DNA of 64,000 bases, from contig DASYRE010000026.1 of the NCBI GenBank assembly GCA_036004685.1, forward strand, positions 45,772-109,771, read 5' to 3'. Below, one piece after another: positions 27,103 to 35,549 of this stretch. Source of the DNA: Candidatus Polarisedimenticolia bacterium. Lineage in GTDB: Bacteria; Acidobacteriota; Polarisedimenticolia; Gp22-AA2; AA152. The translations under genes were made by a program, and so were the position numbers. Below the pieces are notes generated by a model, which saw only the letters and a list, made by a program, of their open reading frames with translations, did not search any database and was not told the origin of the DNA. Positions within the stretch are counted from its first letter, which is position 1; each line of letters begins with the position of its first letter.

Positions 27103-30100
27103 ATGCGCACAGCTACCGGGCTCTGCCTGACCATCCTGACTCTGCTTCCGTTCGCTTTCACACCCGCGCCGGCACGCGACCTTACGTTCGAGCAGCGCGT
27201 GAAGGCTCAGAAAGCCATCGAAAGGATCTACTACTCGCACCAAATCGGGGCGACCGCGGCCTTCGAGAAGGCCGTCCCACGAGAGGTTCTCGAGAAAAAA
27301 GTCCGAACCTACATGAAGCAATCCGTGGCGCTGGAGCGGATCTGGAAGACGCCGGTGACCGCCGAGGCGCTTCGGCGCGAAGCGGAACGGATCGCGAAGA
27401 GCACCCGGTTTCCAGAACGCCTGCGTGAGGTTTATACCGCCCTCGGCAACGATGGTTTCTTGATCGAGGAGTGCTTTGCCCGACCGGCGCTGGTGGACCG
27501 GCTCTCCCGCCGCTTTTTCGCCTCCGACGAGCGGCTTCGCAAGGCACCAGCAGGCTCGCAGGCCACCACTTCCTGGGACGCGTGGTGGGCCGCAAACCAG
27601 GCGATGTTCTCCGCGTCGGCGGTTCACGCGGTGGCGAGTGAAAGGAAGCCCCCTCCTGAACCTTCGGCAGGATCTTCGAGTCCCTGGAGCGCTGACCCGA
27701 ATCTCTTCACGACTTCGGGTCCCGCGATTGATCTCTTTTCGACCGGGGACATCTGGGATAACGGAATCCTGGACGATCTTCCGACCTTCAGAAGCGCCGC
27801 CATAGCGGTCTGGACCGGCAGCGTCATGATCGTCTGGGGCGGCGGTTTCCCGGTCGTCAACACCGGAGGCCGATACGATCCGCTGACCGACACCTGGCTC
27901 TCGACCTCGACTCTCAATGCCCCGGCGCCCCGGCAAGGCCATACGGCCGTCTGGACCGGTAGTGTGATGGTCGTTTGGGGAGGCACTGGAAGATCCGGTG
28001 GGGGAACGGAGATGAACTCCGGCGGCCGGTACGATCCAGTATCGGACAGCTGGTCTCCCACCTCGATGCTCAATGCACCCGACGCGCGCTCCGCCCATAC
28101 GGCGATCTGGACCGGAACCAAGATGGTGATCTGGGGCGGTGGCTTCAACGGCGCCGGAAGTCCCGATTTGCTCTTAGGCTCCGGCGGCCAGTACGACCCT
28201 GTCGCGGACAGTTGGCAGGCAACGGCCACGCTCAATGCTCCAACGCCACGGCAAGGGCATACGGCCGTCTGGACCGGCAGCCACATGGTCATCTGGAGCG
28301 GCAGCAACGGCTCGGGTTACGAAAGCACGGGAGGCCGCTACGACCCGGAGGCCGACACGTGGCTTCCCACCTCCACGGTCAACGCGCCCGAAGCGCGGGT
28401 CCTCCACACCATGGTCTGGGCGGCCGGCCGCGTCGTGGTCTGGGGCGGATTCAATCAAACGGTCGATATCAACACCGGCGGTCGCTACGATCCAGCGAGT
28501 GATCAGTGGGAATCGATATCGGCGCTTGGCACCCCCGAGGCGCGTGAGGGCTTCACGGGCGTATCCACCGGCAGCGAGCTGATCGTATGGGGAGGGGTGC
28601 GTACCAACGACCGAAGCTTCACGGCCCTCGATTCGGGGGGACGATACGATCCGTCGACCGATTCGTGGGTGTCGACCTCTCTGGTCAATGCGCCCAGCGG
28701 GCGAAGCGGTCACGTCGCGGTCTGGACCGGCTCCCAGATGATCGCATGGGGAGGACAGACGCAGGGATCCACTTCTTCTTCCGGAGGCCGGTACGACCCT
28801 GCGACCGACACCTGGACGCCGACCGGCGAGACCGGAGCGCCGCCCCTGATGGTGACCGCTTCCAGCGTCTGGACCGGAAACGTGATGATCGTCATGGGAG
28901 GTCCCCCGAACGCCTCAGCCCGGGGCGCGCGCTACGATCCATTGCTCGATTCCTGGACGCCCGTCTCCACCGTGGGCGCCTACGCTCGCGGCCGTCACAC
29001 GGCGGTCTGGACCGGATCGCTCATGGTCGTCTGGGGTGGCATCTCGTCCTCTCCATTCCCCCCAGCAGGAGCCGGTGCTCGCTACGATCCGATCTCCGAT
29101 ATCTGGAGCCCGGTGACGAACGTCAATGCTCCAAGGCACCGCTACGACCATACCGCCGTCTGGACGGGCACCCGGATGATTGTGTGGGGAGGGCTCGACG
29201 AGACGACGGCGTTCGCCACCGGCGGCGAGTACGACCCCGTGGCGGACGTCTGGACCCTCTTCTCCGCTTCTCCTGCCGTGCCGGCGCGCCTCAATCACAG
29301 CGCCGTCTGGACCGGTTCGAAGATGCTCATCTGGGGCGGCTATCAAAGAAACTTCGACGGCTCGCTGATTCCCTTGAACACCGGCGGCTCCTACAATCCC
29401 TCGACGCATACGGCGGCTCCTCTGTCGACCTTGGGAGCGCCCTCCCCGCGCGCCTTTCACACGGCCGTGTGGACTGGCTCCCGGATGCTCATCTGGGGCG
29501 GCTACGATGGGACTGAGTTCCCTCCACGCGATGGGACGCATGTGGTGGGCACCGGGGCGAAATACGATCCAGCCACGGACGGATGGACACCCATGAGCGA
29601 TGCCGGCGCGCCCTCTCCGAGCCTGCAGGTCCCTCCCATCTGGACGGGAAGCGAGATGCTGGTATGGCTCGAGCCATCCATCATGGGAGGACGGTACAAT
29701 CCGGATCTCGACGCCTGGGTGCCCGTCACGAACCTGAACGCTCCCAGGGTTCCCCCCATCACCCTCATTGCCGAGATCAGTAATCCTCTCATACCCCGTT
29801 TGGACTCGCTTGCCGCCTGGACGGGATGCAGGATGATAGTTTGGAATGCCTTTTGGCGCACGGGAGGCCGTTACGGGACCGACAGCGCCGTCGACGAGGA
29901 CGGGGACGGCTTCACGCTCTGTGATGGGGACTGCGACGAGGGCAACACGTCGGTCCATCCCGGCGCCGCGGAGCTCTGCAACGGGATCGACGATGATTGT
30001 GACGGCGCGATCGATGAAGTCGACTCCGATGGAGATCATTTCACCTGCGCGATCGACTGTGATGACGCGAATCCGGACGTGCACCCCGGCGTCGCCGAAC

Positions 30101-30696
30101 TCTGCAACGGAGTGGATGATGATTGTGACGGTTCGGTGGACGAAACGGGAGCCGCCTTATGCGACCAGTCCAACCCTTGCATCGCAGCGGCTTGCGGCGG
30201 GACCTCGGGCTGCCAGTACACCGTGCTTCCCGATGGGACGAGCTGCCGCGAGTTCCCGTGCGGCGCGGGGACCTGTCGGGCGGGAGACTGTGCCCCGACC
30301 ATCTCCGTGCTGCTCACGCCGAACGTTCTCTCGCTGGTGAACCATAAGATGGTCGCGGTTCATGCCAGCGTGAGCGCCACCTCCTCGACCTGCGGGCCAC
30401 CGACGGTCGTCCTGACGTCTATCGTCAGCAACGAGCCAGATGACGTTCCCGGCCCCTCGGACGGCCATACTCTGAACGACATTCAGGGAGCTGCTGTCGG
30501 AACGGCCGACTTTGACTTCGAGCTTCGCGCCGAACGGGATCGCAACGGCTCGGGGAGGACCTACACCGTGACCTACAACGCCACCGACTCGGACGGACGT
30601 AGCACGCCGGGATCTGGGCTTGTCGTAGTCCGTGCCCCGGCGCGGTCGCAGGCGTCGGGCATGACGCCGGGCAGGACCAAGAGAGAGCGTCGCTGA
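27103..30696 (+). CDS. secreted giant repeat protein: N-terminal unknown domain, ~17 Kelch/galactose-oxidase-like beta-propeller blades, three MopE-type Cys-rich putative metal-binding repeats, Cys-rich C-terminal region
   Basis: Signal peptide MRTATGLCLTILTLLPFAFTPAPA. ~49-aa repeat [RYDP..D.W...S..NAP..R..HTAVWTGS.M.VWGG] about 17 times. CDGDCDEGNTSVHPGAAELCNGIDDDCDG repeated three times. RBS GAGGGGGGAAAACC before ATG. Confidence 0.7.
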   Translation: MRTATGLCLTILTLLPFAFTPAPARDLTFEQRVKAQKAIERIYYSHQIGATAAFEKAVPREVLEKKVRTYMKQSVALERIWKTPVTAEALRREAERIAKSTRFPERLREVYTALGNDGFLIEECFARPALVDRLSRRFFASDERLRKAPAGSQATTSWDAWWAANQAMFSASAVHAVASERKPPPEPSAGSSSPWSADPNLFTTSGPAIDLFSTGDIWDNGILDDLPTFRSAAIAVWTGSVMIVWGGGFPVVNTGGRYDPLTDTWLSTSTLNAPAPRQGHTAVWTGSVMVVWGGTGRSGGGTEMNSGGRYDPVSDSWSPTSMLNAPDARSAHTAIWTGTKMVIWGGGFNGAGSPDLLLGSGGQYDPVADSWQATATLNAPTPRQGHTAVWTGSHMVIWSGSNGSGYESTGGRYDPEADTWLPTSTVNAPEARVLHTMVWAAGRVVVWGGFNQTVDINTGGRYDPASDQWESISALGTPEAREGFTGVSTGSELIVWGGVRTNDRSFTALDSGGRYDPSTDSWVSTSLVNAPSGRSGHVAVWTGSQMIAWGGQTQGSTSSSGGRYDPATDTWTPTGETGAPPLMVTASSVWTGNVMIVMGGPPNASARGARYDPLLDSWTPVSTVGAYARGRHTAVWTGSLMVVWGGISSSPFPPAGAGARYDPISDIWSPVTNVNAPRHRYDHTAVWTGTRMIVWGGLDETTAFATGGEYDPVADVWTLFSASPAVPARLNHSAVWTGSKMLIWGGYQRNFDGSLIPLNTGGSYNPSTHTAAPLSTLGAPSPRAFHTAVWTGSRMLIWGGYDGTEFPPRDGTHVVGTGAKYDPATDGWTPMSDAGAPSPSLQVPPIWTGSEMLVWLEPSIMGGRYNPDLDAWVPVTNLNAPRVPPITLIAEISNPLIPRLDSLAAWTGCRMIVWNAFWRTGGRYGTDSAVDEDGDGFTLCDGDCDEGNTSVHPGAAELCNGIDDDCDGAIDEVDSDGDHFTCAIDCDDANPDVHPGVAELCNGVDDDCDGSVDETGAALCDQSNPCIAAACGGTSGCQYTVLPDGTSCREFPCGAGTCRAGDCAPTISVLLTPNVLSLVNHKMVAVHASVSATSSTCGPPTVVLTSIVSNEPDDVPGPSDGHTLNDIQGAAVGTADFDFELRAERDRNGSGRTYTVTYNATDSDGRSTPGSGLVVVRAPARSQASGMTPGRTKRERR
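27750..29850 (+). repeat. intragenic tandem repeats (~147-bp period) encoding the Kelch-like blades
   Basis: Recurring GTCTGGACCGG...TGGGG(C/A)GG and CGCTACGATCC nucleotide motifs throughout, coding rather than selfish DNA. Confidence 0.6.
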
Positions 30697-30809
30697 GGAA
30701 GGCTCGCTCCAAAACGACCCTTAGCGCGCGGGAGGAATTTGCTCCCGGAGAGCGACTTGGGGTGTGATGACGGAATTCTTTGCCCTGTCGCGGTCCTCTT
30801 CTTGATGAT

Positions 30810-31589
30810 CTAATCTCCGCGGCGCTTGGCCTCCTGCCAGAGCTCCTCGAGCCGCGCCGCGCCGGCTTCCTTCAGATCCTTTCCCTCGCCTTCCAACGCC
30901 CGCTCCAGATGGCCGAAGCGCCGGGCGAAGCGATCGTTGGCTCCCTGGAGCGCCGCCTCCGGATCGAGGCCGAGGTGGCGCGCGACGTTCACCAGGCTGA
31001 AGAGCAGATCCCCCAGCTCGCGCGCGGCGCGATCCGGATTAGCCGAGGCGACCTCGGCCTCCCATTCGCCGATCTCCTCGCGCACCTTGTCGAACACCTG
31101 GGCGGTTCGGTCCCAGTCGAAGCCGCTGCGGGCGGCGCGCTCGGAAAGGCGAAGGGCGCGCAGCAGCGCCGGCAGGCCGGGCGGAACGCTCGCCAGCCGT
31201 GAGCCGCCCGCCCTCCTCCGGCGCTCCTCCTCCTTCAGCTCCTCCCACTGCCGGGCCACCTCCCCGGCGGTGCTCAACGGCGATCCTCCGAACAGGTGCG
31301 GGTGGCGGCGGATCAGCTTCTCGGCGATCCCCCGGGCGACGTCCTCGATGCCGAACCATCCCTTCTCCTGGGCGATGCGGCTCTGGAAGATCACCTGCAA
31401 CAGCAGATCTCCGAGCTCCTCGCGCAACGCCTCGGGATCGCCCGAGTCGATCGCCTGCCGGACCTCGAAGCTTTCCTCGAGGAGGTAGACCTTCAGGGTC
31501 TCGAGCGTTTGCTCGCGGTCCCAGGGGCAGCCGTTCTCGCCCCTCAGGCGCGCCATGATCTCCACGAGCCGGTGCAGGGAAGACTCCAT
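30810..31589 (-). CDS. mazG: nucleoside triphosphate pyrophosphohydrolase MazG
   Basis: Tandem MazG EExxE motifs (LLEESFEVRQAI... and ELGDLLFSLVNVARHLG). Confidence 0.85.
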   Translation of the reverse strand: MESSLHRLVEIMARLRGENGCPWDREQTLETLKVYLLEESFEVRQAIDSGDPEALREELGDLLLQVIFQSRIAQEKGWFGIEDVARGIAEKLIRRHPHLFGGSPLSTAGEVARQWEELKEEERRRRAGGSRLASVPPGLPALLRALRLSERAARSGFDWDRTAQVFDKVREEIGEWEAEVASANPDRAARELGDLLFSLVNVARHLGLDPEAALQGANDRFARRFGHLERALEGEGKDLKEAGAARLEELWQEAKRRGD

Positions 31590-31761
31590 GCTCTCCTCGT
31601 CGTGTTCCTCGCCGCCACGAGCCGCGCGGAGTTTATCGGACCGCCGCCGGATCGGGCAAGAAGACGCCTTGAATTGGGGCGCGCCCCGATGCTAACATCC
31701 GGCGTTCCGCGGGGACGAGGCTTTTTTCCGTCTCCTTTTTCGATGGGTTGCCTCGACGGCC

Positions 31762-32190
31762 ATGACGGACGAGACCAAGAAGACCTCCTCGGAAGTGAAG
31801 GTGAGCGACCGGCGGTCGTTCACCCAGACGGGTGAAAAGCGCACTCCGGACCAGCCGAAGGCGGAGCCCGTCCGAACCGCCGTTCCTCCTCAGGCGGGCG
31901 GCGGCGCCCCGCGGGCCGAAAAGGGCGAGGACGCCGCCGGCATCGACTTCGACAGCTTCGTGCGTTACCTGGCGCAGGTTGCACTGCATCAGATGACCGG
32001 CGCCCGGGATCCCGCGACGGGGGAGGTGATCGTCAGTCTGGAAGAGGCCCGCCAGACCATAGAGATCCTGGGAATGCTCAAGCAGAAGACGAAAGGCAAT
32101 CTCTCGCCCCAGGAAACGAAGTCCCTGGACGATCTTCTGTACCATCTCAAGCTCGAATTTTCGCGCCGGGCCGCCACCGCAAGACGCTGA
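31762..32190 (+). CDS. DUF1844-like hypothetical protein
   Basis: Conserved C-terminal block IDFDSFVRYLAQVALHQMTG...EEARQTIEILGML characteristic of the DUF1844 family. Confidence 0.6.
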   Translation: MTDETKKTSSEVKVSDRRSFTQTGEKRTPDQPKAEPVRTAVPPQAGGGAPRAEKGEDAAGIDFDSFVRYLAQVALHQMTGARDPATGEVIVSLEEARQTIEILGMLKQKTKGNLSPQETKSLDDLLYHLKLEFSRRAATARR

Positions 32191-32203
32191 CCGTCGTGCG
32201 CCT

Positions 32204-34189
32204 GTGGAAAGGAGCCGAATTCTGGCCAGACCTCGCCCGCCGGGCTGGACCCGTCCGGTGGAGCGCCGCCTCCTCGCCCTCCTGCTTCTGAGCCTCTTCG
32301 AGATCGGAAGCCTTCCGGCCCGCGCCCAGGAGCCGGAGATCATCCACCTTCCCCAACAACCCGTTCAGGCGCCCGCGCCGCCGCGCGCGCCGGCGACCCG
32401 CCGGACGCCGGTGAACGTGCCGGAAGTGCTGGGCGAGCTCTGGTTCCGGCGCAAGAGTCTCCTGGACAAAGGGGATACCGCCGCCGCCGAACGGCAGGTC
32501 GCCCTGATGCGCGACATCGTTCGCCGGGAAGGGATCTTCAGCGCCGACGATCTTTCGGGCGCGTTCCTGGCGGACGGGAATCGCGCTCTGGAGCGGGGAA
32601 GCGTCTCCCGGGCTCTCCAGAGCTTCCACCTGGCCAAGGAATTCGCTCCCGATCGTCCCGGCGCCAGCTTCGCGGTGGCCCGCGCGCTGTGGAGCGGGGA
32701 GCGGGATTTCGGAGGCAGCCTGTCGTACGTTTTCGAAGGCCTCCGTATCGTCTTCAAGAATCCCGCCACGCGCGTAGGCACGCTCGGAAACTCCCTGGCG
32801 ATCCTGCTCGCGGGCAGCCTGCTGGCGGCCGTCCTCTGGTGCATTACGGCCGCGCTGCGCACCGCCCGGCTCGCCCAGCACGATCTCTACGAGGGGCGAA
32901 AGCGATCCCTGTCGAACAATGCCGCCCAGGTGATCGCCTGGGCCATCTGGCTTCTCCCGGCCCTGCTGTGGCTGATCGGCCCGTGGGCCCTGGTCTACTG
33001 GCTCGCCTTCGCGTTCGTCTATATGAAGCGCTCCGAGCGGATCGTGAGCGTCCTGGCCTGCGTCGTGTTCCTCCTGAGCGTGCCGTTGCTGGGATGGATC
33101 ACCCGGGAAAGCAAGGTCACGACCGACCCCGCCGTCCGGCTCCTCCTGGAATCGGCCCGCGGCGGAATCGATCCGGAGCGCGTGGCGGCGCTCGAGCAGA
33201 TGGCCGGCTCCCACCCCGGCGAGCCGGTCTACCGCTTTCTCCTGGCCCAGGGCTATCACGCCAACGGCTCGATCGAAGCCGCCCTCCAGGAATACCGGCA
33301 GGTGCAGGACGAGGACAGGACCAACGCGGCCGCCTGGATCAACTCGGGCAACATCTTCTTCGCGACGGGACAATACGCGCAGGCGGCGGAGGAGTATCGG
33401 CGGGCGATTCAAGCCGACCCTAAATCGGCGCTGGCCTACTACAACCTCCACCTCGCCCTGCAGGGAGCCCTGCACCTCGAAGAGGCGGACGCCGCCTTCC
33501 GGCAGGCGCGCAGCCTCGACAACGACCTGATCACTTCCATCCTGTCGGCGGGCGGGGGAGAGGACGCTAAGGACCCGGTCGATGCCCACTACAGCGGCAA
33601 AGACCTTCTCAAGGTCGTCCAGCGCCGCGATGGCTCCGTGGCTTCCGGCATGAGAGCCGGCGATTGGCTTCACCCGCTCCCCCTCGCGGGCGCGCTCGGC
33701 TTGATCGCGTGCGCCGTGCTGGCTTGGGGAGCCGATGGGTGGGGGCTGGGAAGGGCGCAGCGGTGCGCCAAATGCGGCCGTCCGTTCTGCCGGCGGTGCC
33801 AGGTCGGAATGCGGCGGGAGGAAGGGTATTGCACCGCCTGCCGGCACTATTACCTCCTGAGGGATCCCGTTCCTCCGCGGGCCCGCGAGGAGCGCGAGCG
33901 TCTCGCGGCCTCGCATTCGCGATGGCAATGGATCGCCCGGCGGCTCGTCTCCCTCATCCTGCCGGGCTCCGGGCAGATTCAAGGAGGCCGCTCGTTTTTC
34001 GGCGCGGCTCTTCTCTGGGCGACGTGCGTCTCCGTGGCCATGCTCATGCTCTCCGGCAAGCTCCTCGCCGCCCCGCAGATCGCGCTCCTTCACTCGCCTC
34101 TGCTGACGCGCGGCGCTCCGGTCGTCGTCATCGCCCTGTCATGGCTGATCGGCAACACCGCCGCGTTCGAGACGGCCGAGAGGAGATAG
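32204..34189 (+). CDS. TPR-repeat membrane protein with C-terminal zinc-ribbon
   Basis: Signal/TM N-terminus, multiple TPR-like repeats, several TM helices, and CAKCGRPFCRRCQ...YCTACRHYY zinc ribbon. GTG start at 32204. Confidence 0.6.
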   Translation: MERSRILARPRPPGWTRPVERRLLALLLLSLFEIGSLPARAQEPEIIHLPQQPVQAPAPPRAPATRRTPVNVPEVLGELWFRRKSLLDKGDTAAAERQVALMRDIVRREGIFSADDLSGAFLADGNRALERGSVSRALQSFHLAKEFAPDRPGASFAVARALWSGERDFGGSLSYVFEGLRIVFKNPATRVGTLGNSLAILLAGSLLAAVLWCITAALRTARLAQHDLYEGRKRSLSNNAAQVIAWAIWLLPALLWLIGPWALVYWLAFAFVYMKRSERIVSVLACVVFLLSVPLLGWITRESKVTTDPAVRLLLESARGGIDPERVAALEQMAGSHPGEPVYRFLLAQGYHANGSIEAALQEYRQVQDEDRTNAAAWINSGNIFFATGQYAQAAEEYRRAIQADPKSALAYYNLHLALQGALHLEEADAAFRQARSLDNDLITSILSAGGGEDAKDPVDAHYSGKDLLKVVQRRDGSVASGMRAGDWLHPLPLAGALGLIACAVLAWGADGWGLGRAQRCAKCGRPFCRRCQVGMRREEGYCTACRHYYLLRDPVPPRAREERERLAASHSRWQWIARRLVSLILPGSGQIQGGRSFFGAALLWATCVSVAMLMLSGKLLAAPQIALLHSPLLTRGAPVVVIALSWLIGNTAAFETAERR

Positions 34190-34191
34190 CG

Positions 34192-35376
34192 ATGGCCCTC
34201 AAGGGAACTCTCCGCGACTTCAGCCTGGCCGACATCTTTCAGCTCATCGGCCTGCAGAAGAAGACCGGCGTGCTGACGCTGAAGAGCGGGCAAGAGGTCG
34301 TGACCGTCTCGTTCCTCGACGGAAACGTCGTGGCCGCCGACTCTCTGCACCGCCGCCTCGAGGATCGGCTCGGGACGGTGCTCGTGAAGACGAAGCAGAT
34401 CACTCCCGCCCAGCTGCAGGAGGCGCTGAAGGTCCAGAAGCAGACCCTGAAGAGGCTGGGCAACGTTCTCGTGGAGCAGAAGCTGGTCAGCCAGGAAGCG
34501 CTCCGGGAAGCGCTGCGGATTCAAGTGACCCAGATGATCTACCGCCTCTTCCGCTGGAGGGACGGCGATTACGAGTTCAGCCAGGAGGAGAAGCTCGACT
34601 TCGACCGGCAGAACGTCATTCCGCTGTCGGCCGAGAGCGTGCTGATGGAAGGAGCCCGGATTCTCGACGAATGGCCGATGATCGAGAAGCGTATCGGCCC
34701 CCTCACCGGGATTTACGCGCGCACGGAAAGCGCCAACCGGGCGCTCAAGGGCGGCTCAGGACAGGCCTCTCCCGTTCTCAGCGCCGAGGAAAAAGCCGTC
34801 CTGCAGCTGCTCGGCGAGAACAAGACGATCCAGGACGTGATCGAAAGCAACACCGCCAGCGAGTTCGACACCTGCCGGGTCTTGTACGAGCTGATCGGCC
34901 GGCAGCTCGCCGAAAAGGTGGCGGTCGGGGAAGTCAGCGCCCCGAGCAAGCCGGCCCCGAAGGTTCGACCTCCCGTGGAGCCGGTGGTTCGGGAAAGATC
35001 CTCGCCTTGGGGCCGCTTGATGGTCGGTCTGGTCGTCGGGCTCTCCCTCCTCACGGCCCCCTTGAATCCGCTCAACGGCCTGTCGCTGCCGGGAACCGGC
35101 GGCGCCACGCTCGGCGAGTTTCGACATCAGGTCAGCCGCACGCGGCTGGAGCGCCTGCACTACGCCATCCAGGTTTTCTTCATCCTGAATCGGGGCTATC
35201 CGCAGGACTTGAACTACCTCGTCGTCGGAGGACTGCTCCGCCCGGAAGATCTCCGGGACCCCTGGGGAAGGGAGTACCTCTATCGAACCGTGAACTGGGG
35301 CTATGAGCTTCAAGGCTTCGGTCCGGAAGGAAAAGCCGATCCGGCGTTGCTGGTGCGCTCGGTCAATCCGCGCTGA
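34192..35376 (+). CDS. DUF4388 (PATAN-like) domain protein with pseudopilin-like C-terminal region
   Basis: N-terminal GTLRDFSLADIFQLIGLQKKTGVLTL is the DUF4388 signature. C-terminal hydrophobic segment plus a DPWGREY motif reminiscent of GspG-type pseudopilins. ATG 34192 with RBS AGAGGAGA. Confidence 0.6.
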   Translation: MALKGTLRDFSLADIFQLIGLQKKTGVLTLKSGQEVVTVSFLDGNVVAADSLHRRLEDRLGTVLVKTKQITPAQLQEALKVQKQTLKRLGNVLVEQKLVSQEALREALRIQVTQMIYRLFRWRDGDYEFSQEEKLDFDRQNVIPLSAESVLMEGARILDEWPMIEKRIGPLTGIYARTESANRALKGGSGQASPVLSAEEKAVLQLLGENKTIQDVIESNTASEFDTCRVLYELIGRQLAEKVAVGEVSAPSKPAPKVRPPVEPVVRERSSPWGRLMVGLVVGLSLLTAPLNPLNGLSLPGTGGATLGEFRHQVSRTRLERLHYAIQVFFILNRGYPQDLNYLVVGGLLRPEDLRDPWGREYLYRTVNWGYELQGFGPEGKADPALLVRSVNPR

Positions 35377-35456
35377 CGGCGATCGGCCCCCGCACGATTG
35401 TTCATGATATGTCGTAAACCATTAAGTTATAAGGCAATTGTCAGATTGCTTCGATA

Positions 35457-35486
35457 CTTGACAATGGAGCACTCAATGTCTATAAT
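35457..35486 (+). promoter_or_regulatory. consensus sigma70 promoter of dnaK operon (TTGACA-N17-TATAAT) overlapping a HAIR-like HspR operator
   Basis: -35 TTGACA at 35458-35463, exactly 17-nt spacer, -10 TATAAT at 35481-35486. Inverted repeat CTTGACA-N7-ACTCAAT at 35457-35477 resembles HAIR (CTTGAGT-N7-ACTCAAG). A second inverted repeat ATTGTCA-N15-TGACAAT lies at 35437-35465. Confidence 0.7.
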
Positions 35487-35549
35487 GCCTTCACACTAAG
35501 CTCCATTGCGACGCTGTTTTGGAGCCGACATTAAGGAGGCAGGTTCCCA

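Noticed and set aside
27750-29850. Regular ~147-bp DNA repeats as a CRISPR array or mobile repeat
   Set aside because: The repeats are in-frame coding units of Kelch-like blades, with no spacer/repeat alternation and no cas genes.
26899-30084. Minus-strand ORFs 26899..28098, 27624..28307, 28174..28713, 28915..30084 inside the Kelch-repeat gene
   Set aside because: Antisense artefacts of the long plus-strand repeat protein. They repeat internally only because the sense strand does.
30729-30747. Possible bidirectional terminator hairpin CGGGAG-N7-CTCCCG between the Kelch gene and mazG
   Set aside because: Only a 6-bp stem with no flanking U/A tracts, so too weak to annotate as a terminator.
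32147-34093. 648-aa minus-strand ORF and 33664..35376 long plus-strand ORF
   Set aside because: Antisense or off-frame relative to the TPR/zinc-ribbon gene and the DUF4388 gene. The DUF4388 gene proper starts at ATG 34192.
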